Position numbers and translations under genes: made by a program. The notes under the pieces are model-generated. The model was not told where the DNA came from, did no database searches, and saw only the letters and a program-made list of their open reading frames with translations. A stretch of DNA of 64,000 nucleotides, from positions 145,638,001-145,702,000 of the forward strand of contig NC_042998.1 in assembly GCF_006345805.1 (NCBI RefSeq). The letters are read 5' to 3'. Numbering within the stretch: the stretch's first letter is position 1; each line of letters opens with the position of its first letter. The DNA is from Octopus sinensis. Taxonomy: Eukaryota. Of this stretch, positions 59,549 to 64,000 are shown one piece after another.

Positions 59549-60994
59549 AATACATATATATAAATATGTGTGTGCGCGCTCGGTTGTGCGTGTGTGTGTG
59601 TACTTAATGTAAATGTATTGTAAAAGAATGCAATTTTACTGCGGCATTCGTCCGAAGATAATATCTCTTACGGCGATAAGAATGTTAGATGTGTATTTCT
59701 GCATCGTTGCGCTTTATCAGTAGCATGTACTCATTGCTAACCTCATGCTAAGATAAAATCCGTCGCTAATCATGTAGGAAGAGTGTGATTGAACAATCAG
59801 TGGTATTACGATTATCTATCTGGCTGAATAGAAATCCGTTATATGCTACAAAATTAGTGTTAGATTAAAACAGCGATCTATGTGTCAAATGGCGGAAAAA
59901 AGGTAAATTTACTGACGTAAAGTTGAATAGATGAAATTTGTATAGAGATCCGTCCGGTGATGACAATGAAAGCGCTTACATAAAACCTTTCTTCCATCAC
60001 GTCAGTGTAAATATGCGGTTGTTTTTTTTTTTTATTTTACACTTACACACACTTATATTTACAATATATGATCCGCTTTACGAATGTTATTAAATCAAGT
60101 GCCTATGTAAATGTGATAGCGACAAAATAGTTTTGCATTCTTACACAAACGTACTAGCCATATTTAATTTGAGTGAGAGTTATCCACAGACATACACGCT
60201 TATATAGTCATGCATACAAGCACGCACACGCACACACTTATGTATACAGAGCTACATAAATACATACATACACTCATATACGTACATACTTTTCAAGTCA
60301 TTGTATGAGCCATCGTCATCTGCTGTTACAGATCATACAAACAGGTATTTTGGTGCATAAAAATATGCTGACAGAGAGGAACAGGTTTTATCAAGCGGGT
60401 TAATCAAACCTCATATTGCACATTTGTAATTGTAAACTGTCTGTTAAAAGGGAAATCGATCTTGGAATTCTGCGTATACCACAAACAATACATACATACA
60501 TACATACATACATACATACATACATACATACATACATACATACATGTGTGTGTTTTTGTATTTGTGTATGTGTGTGTTTGTATTTGTGTGTGTGTGTGTG
60601 TACATGCCCGATGATTGCTTCATTTTATCAGATGATATCCTTCTCAACTTAGACAGTGAGACATCTCCATAACACTGGATTTTAATGACAGGTTTATGCA
60701 ACACTTTTGCCACTACTCTTTTGGTCGCCATAGTAGGTTGGAAGTTTTATATCGATGTTTTTTTCTCTTGGAAGAGTTGCCTTTCCCACGAATTTATCAT
60801 AAATATTGAGAGCTTCCTTTCAAAAATAATGAGAATCTCCTGAGAAATCTTTTAGATGGGATCCTGACTGGTACTAGCGTTCCGGATCAAGACAGACCAG
60901 GGGGTAATGGTGATTAAGGAATGACCTCCACGCACCACCACCCCACACTGATCCAGAACTCCCGAACTGGAACTACTCCGCCGGACACAATGTT

Positions 60995-62970
60995 ATGCCG
61001 AGGACATATTACATATATGAGAGAATATATGCGAACAGCCTGAGCAAGCATCCCAAAAGTGGCGAGAAGTCTCGCCTGGAGAGAGCGCTATTGGGGATTG
61101 AAAAACGTCTATTTCAGTCTCATGAAAAGGAGAGAGCAAATATAAAAGCTTGGGTTATAGAAAATATCAAGTCAAACCCTAAAGCTTTCTTTAAGCTTGC
61201 CAAAGAAACAGCCTCAATACGCCACAAGATAGGACCTCTCTTCCAAATAGATGGCTCCCTCACAGGAAATCCCATGAGGGTAAGTGGAATTCTGAAAGAA
61301 CAGTTCCAAAGTGTGTTCACTACACCGCTGGAATACAGACAAGTGAAGAAACTGGCAGAATTCTTTGCCACATAACCTTCAGGTTAAAATAATTGAGCAC
61401 ATAAACATTGAAGGAGATGTAATACTGGCCATATATGAGGTTGACACACACTTAGCTGCTGGCCCGGATGGATTTCCAGCGGTCCTACTCAAATCATGCA
61501 AGCGAGCCCTTACAAAACCACTGCAGCTTCTCTTTCAGAGCTTCCTTGCAAGTGGTACGCTCCCAGACGAACTGAAGGAAGGGATAATATGCTCTATCCA
61601 TAAGGGAGGAAGCAGAACAGATGCTAAAAATAAGGCCTATCTCTCTGACCTCACACATCAGTAAAGTCATGGAACGAATAGTCCGCAAGAAACTAATCGC
61701 GTTCCAAGAAGAAAATGACTTGCTGACTGACACCAAACATGGATTTCTAATACAGCTCCTGCAAAACTACGACTGGGTGTTAAAACAGCTGCTGAATGAT
61801 TCAAGCGTGGATGTGATATATCTCGATTTTGCAAAAGCATTTGATAAAGTTGACCATAGTATGATATGTCACAAACTGTGTGATCTCGGCGTAGGAGGAA
61901 AACTTGGTGAATGGCTGCACAACTTTCTAAAAGATAGACGTCAGGCAGTAGTGCTATTCATAGTGGCCCTGTCAGACATGCCTTCGGCTGCTCAGATAGC
62001 CACCCTAGCTAGCTATGCAGATGATACAAAAGTCTCTCAGACAATACAACATCCTGGAAATATTGCACATCTGCAACGGGAGTTGACGCAATATACAGGT
62101 GGGTTGAGGACAACAACATGCAGTTTAATGCAGGAAAATTCCAGGCCCTACGCTACCAGCACACAAAGCTAAACGACACGCAGACAGTATACATTGACCA
62201 AGGAGGAATTGAAATCCCTGAATCAAAATCAGTGCGTGACCTGGGTATTGGTATGAGCAATGATGCATCTTTCCAAGCGCATATTACCAGTTTGGTAATA
62301 AAATGCTGATGGATGGATGGATGGATGGAATCTCCGAACTTGCAAAACAAGAGAAAAAGAGACATTGATGACACTTTGGAGGACATACGTTCTCAGCCGC
62401 TCCCAAATATGGTCACCACAAAATATAAATCACAGCGGAACTCGAAGCAATCCAATGAAGCTACACTCGATGCAACGTATCAGCTACTGGGAAAGACTGA
62501 AAGAATTAAAACTCTTCTTCCTGGAACGAAGACGGGAGAGATATGCAATCATATACATCTGGAAAATCCTAGAAAACCTTGTACCAAACTTTAGCATTGA
62601 AAGTTATTCAAACTGCAGAACGTGGCGCGACTGCATAGGGCCAAATATCACAGCATCGCCATCAAAATACAGAACCAGATACTGCAATAGCTTGGGCTTC
62701 AAGGGCCCACAGCTCTTTAATATCCTTACAAAGTGCCTGAGAGACGTGCATGGTGTGGATGTGGATGTCTTTAAAACAAAACTGGATCTCTTGCTGTCAA
62801 GGGGTCTAGACGAGCCTAATTCACGGCAGGAAACACAGATGAGTGCAGCAGCATCAAACTCCCTCATTGACCAAATGCCACATATTAGAGGGGGTTTCAA
62901 ATAATGGTGTAGATCAGTCAATGGTGGTGCCCCAGCATGACCTCAGCTTTGAAGCTGAAACATTTAAAAA
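60995..62970 (+). mobile_element. 5'-truncated CR1-clade LINE (RT and 3' UTR), disrupted
   Basis: NPKAFF, AAGPDG, RPISLTSHISKVMERIV, YLDFAKAFDKVDH, YADDTK, QFNAGKFQ, LERRRERY. Frameshifts are present and the GVPQG segment is deleted. Confidence 0.93.
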
Positions 62971-63071
62971 TAGTTTAAATGGTTTATGTGTGTGTGTGTA
63001 CATATATATTCGTGCATGTATACAAGCCTATATATATACATATATATATATATACATATATATACATATAT

Positions 63072-63179
<108 letters not shown>

Positions 63180-63206
63180 ATATATTATACAAGTATATAT
63201 ATGTGA

Positions 63207-63259
<53 letters not shown>

Positions 63260-63394
63260 GCACCAGGTGGTGCTATTAAGTTAGACATGGCCTGGGCCAA
63301 TAATGGCCGAAACCTATCAAAGTATCAAAGTATATACATACATACATACATACATATATATACACGCATATATATTTTTGTATATATGTATACT

Positions 63395-63950
63395 GGCACT
63401 TAGTTTACCGACCCCGAAGGGATGAAAGGCAAAATCGACTTCGGTGGCTTTTGAACTCAGAAAGAGAAGACAGACAAAATACCTATTTCTTTACTACCCA
63501 CAAGGGACTAAACACAGAGAGGACAAACAAGGACAGACAAACGGATTAAGTCGATTATATCAACCCCAGTGCGTAACTGGTACGTATTTAATCGACCCCG
63601 AAAGGATGAAAGGCAAAGTTGACCTCTGCGGAATTTGAACTCGGAACGTAGCAGCAGACGAAATACTGCTAAGCATTTCGCCCGGCATACTAACGTTTCT
63701 GCCAGCTCGCCGACTTGCCTATTTCTTTACTACCCACAAGGGGTTAAACACAGGAGGGACAAACAAGGACAGACAAACGGATTAAGTCGATTATATCGAC
63801 TCCAGTGCGTAACTGGTACATATTTAATCGACCCCGAAAGGATGAAAGGCAAAGTCGACCCCGGCGGAATTTGAACTCCGAACGTAGCGGCAGACGAAAT
63901 ACCGCAAAGCATTTCGCCCGGCGTGTTAGCGATTCTGCCAACTCGCCGCC
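63395..63950 (-). mobile_element. Tandem trimer of tRNA-derived SINEs
   Basis: Two complete copies and one headless older copy, with junctions aaagaaatag|gcaagtcggcgag (~63718) and aaagaaatag|gtattttgtctg (~63482). Confidence 0.9.
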
Positions 63951-64000
63951 ATTTTGTAGTAATAATAATAGCCAGATTAAGTACAGGAAATGTTCTTTAG

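Overview
This is AT-rich, microsatellite-saturated eukaryotic DNA. The SINE, LINE and simple-repeat make-up points to an Octopus genome (inference). I found no supportable host protein-coding gene, and most listed ORFs are microsatellite translations. The window is a mosaic of transposable elements: a near full-length R4/Dong-like non-LTR element in (TAA)n, two further R4/Dong-like fragments, CR1-, RTE- and jockey/I-like LINE pieces, two mariner remnants, Penelope-like remnants, a non-autonomous Helitron and about 20 tRNA-derived SINE copies from at least three families. The main result is a set of type I hammerhead ribozyme (HHR) motifs, folded by eye. Two sit head-to-head in a ~670-bp palindrome (2574-3244). 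One canonical motif lies in a 470-bp-period unit with a terminal direct repeat (37643-38188), resembling a non-LTR retrozyme. Two variant motifs lie at Penelope-like ends. Other structure includes a SINE/CR1 shared 3' stem-loop with compensatory changes, a recurrent SINE-into-SINE junction, a (TAA)n array of stacked elements and two microsatellite-bounded tandem duplications. Family assignments are from motif recognition, not database searches.
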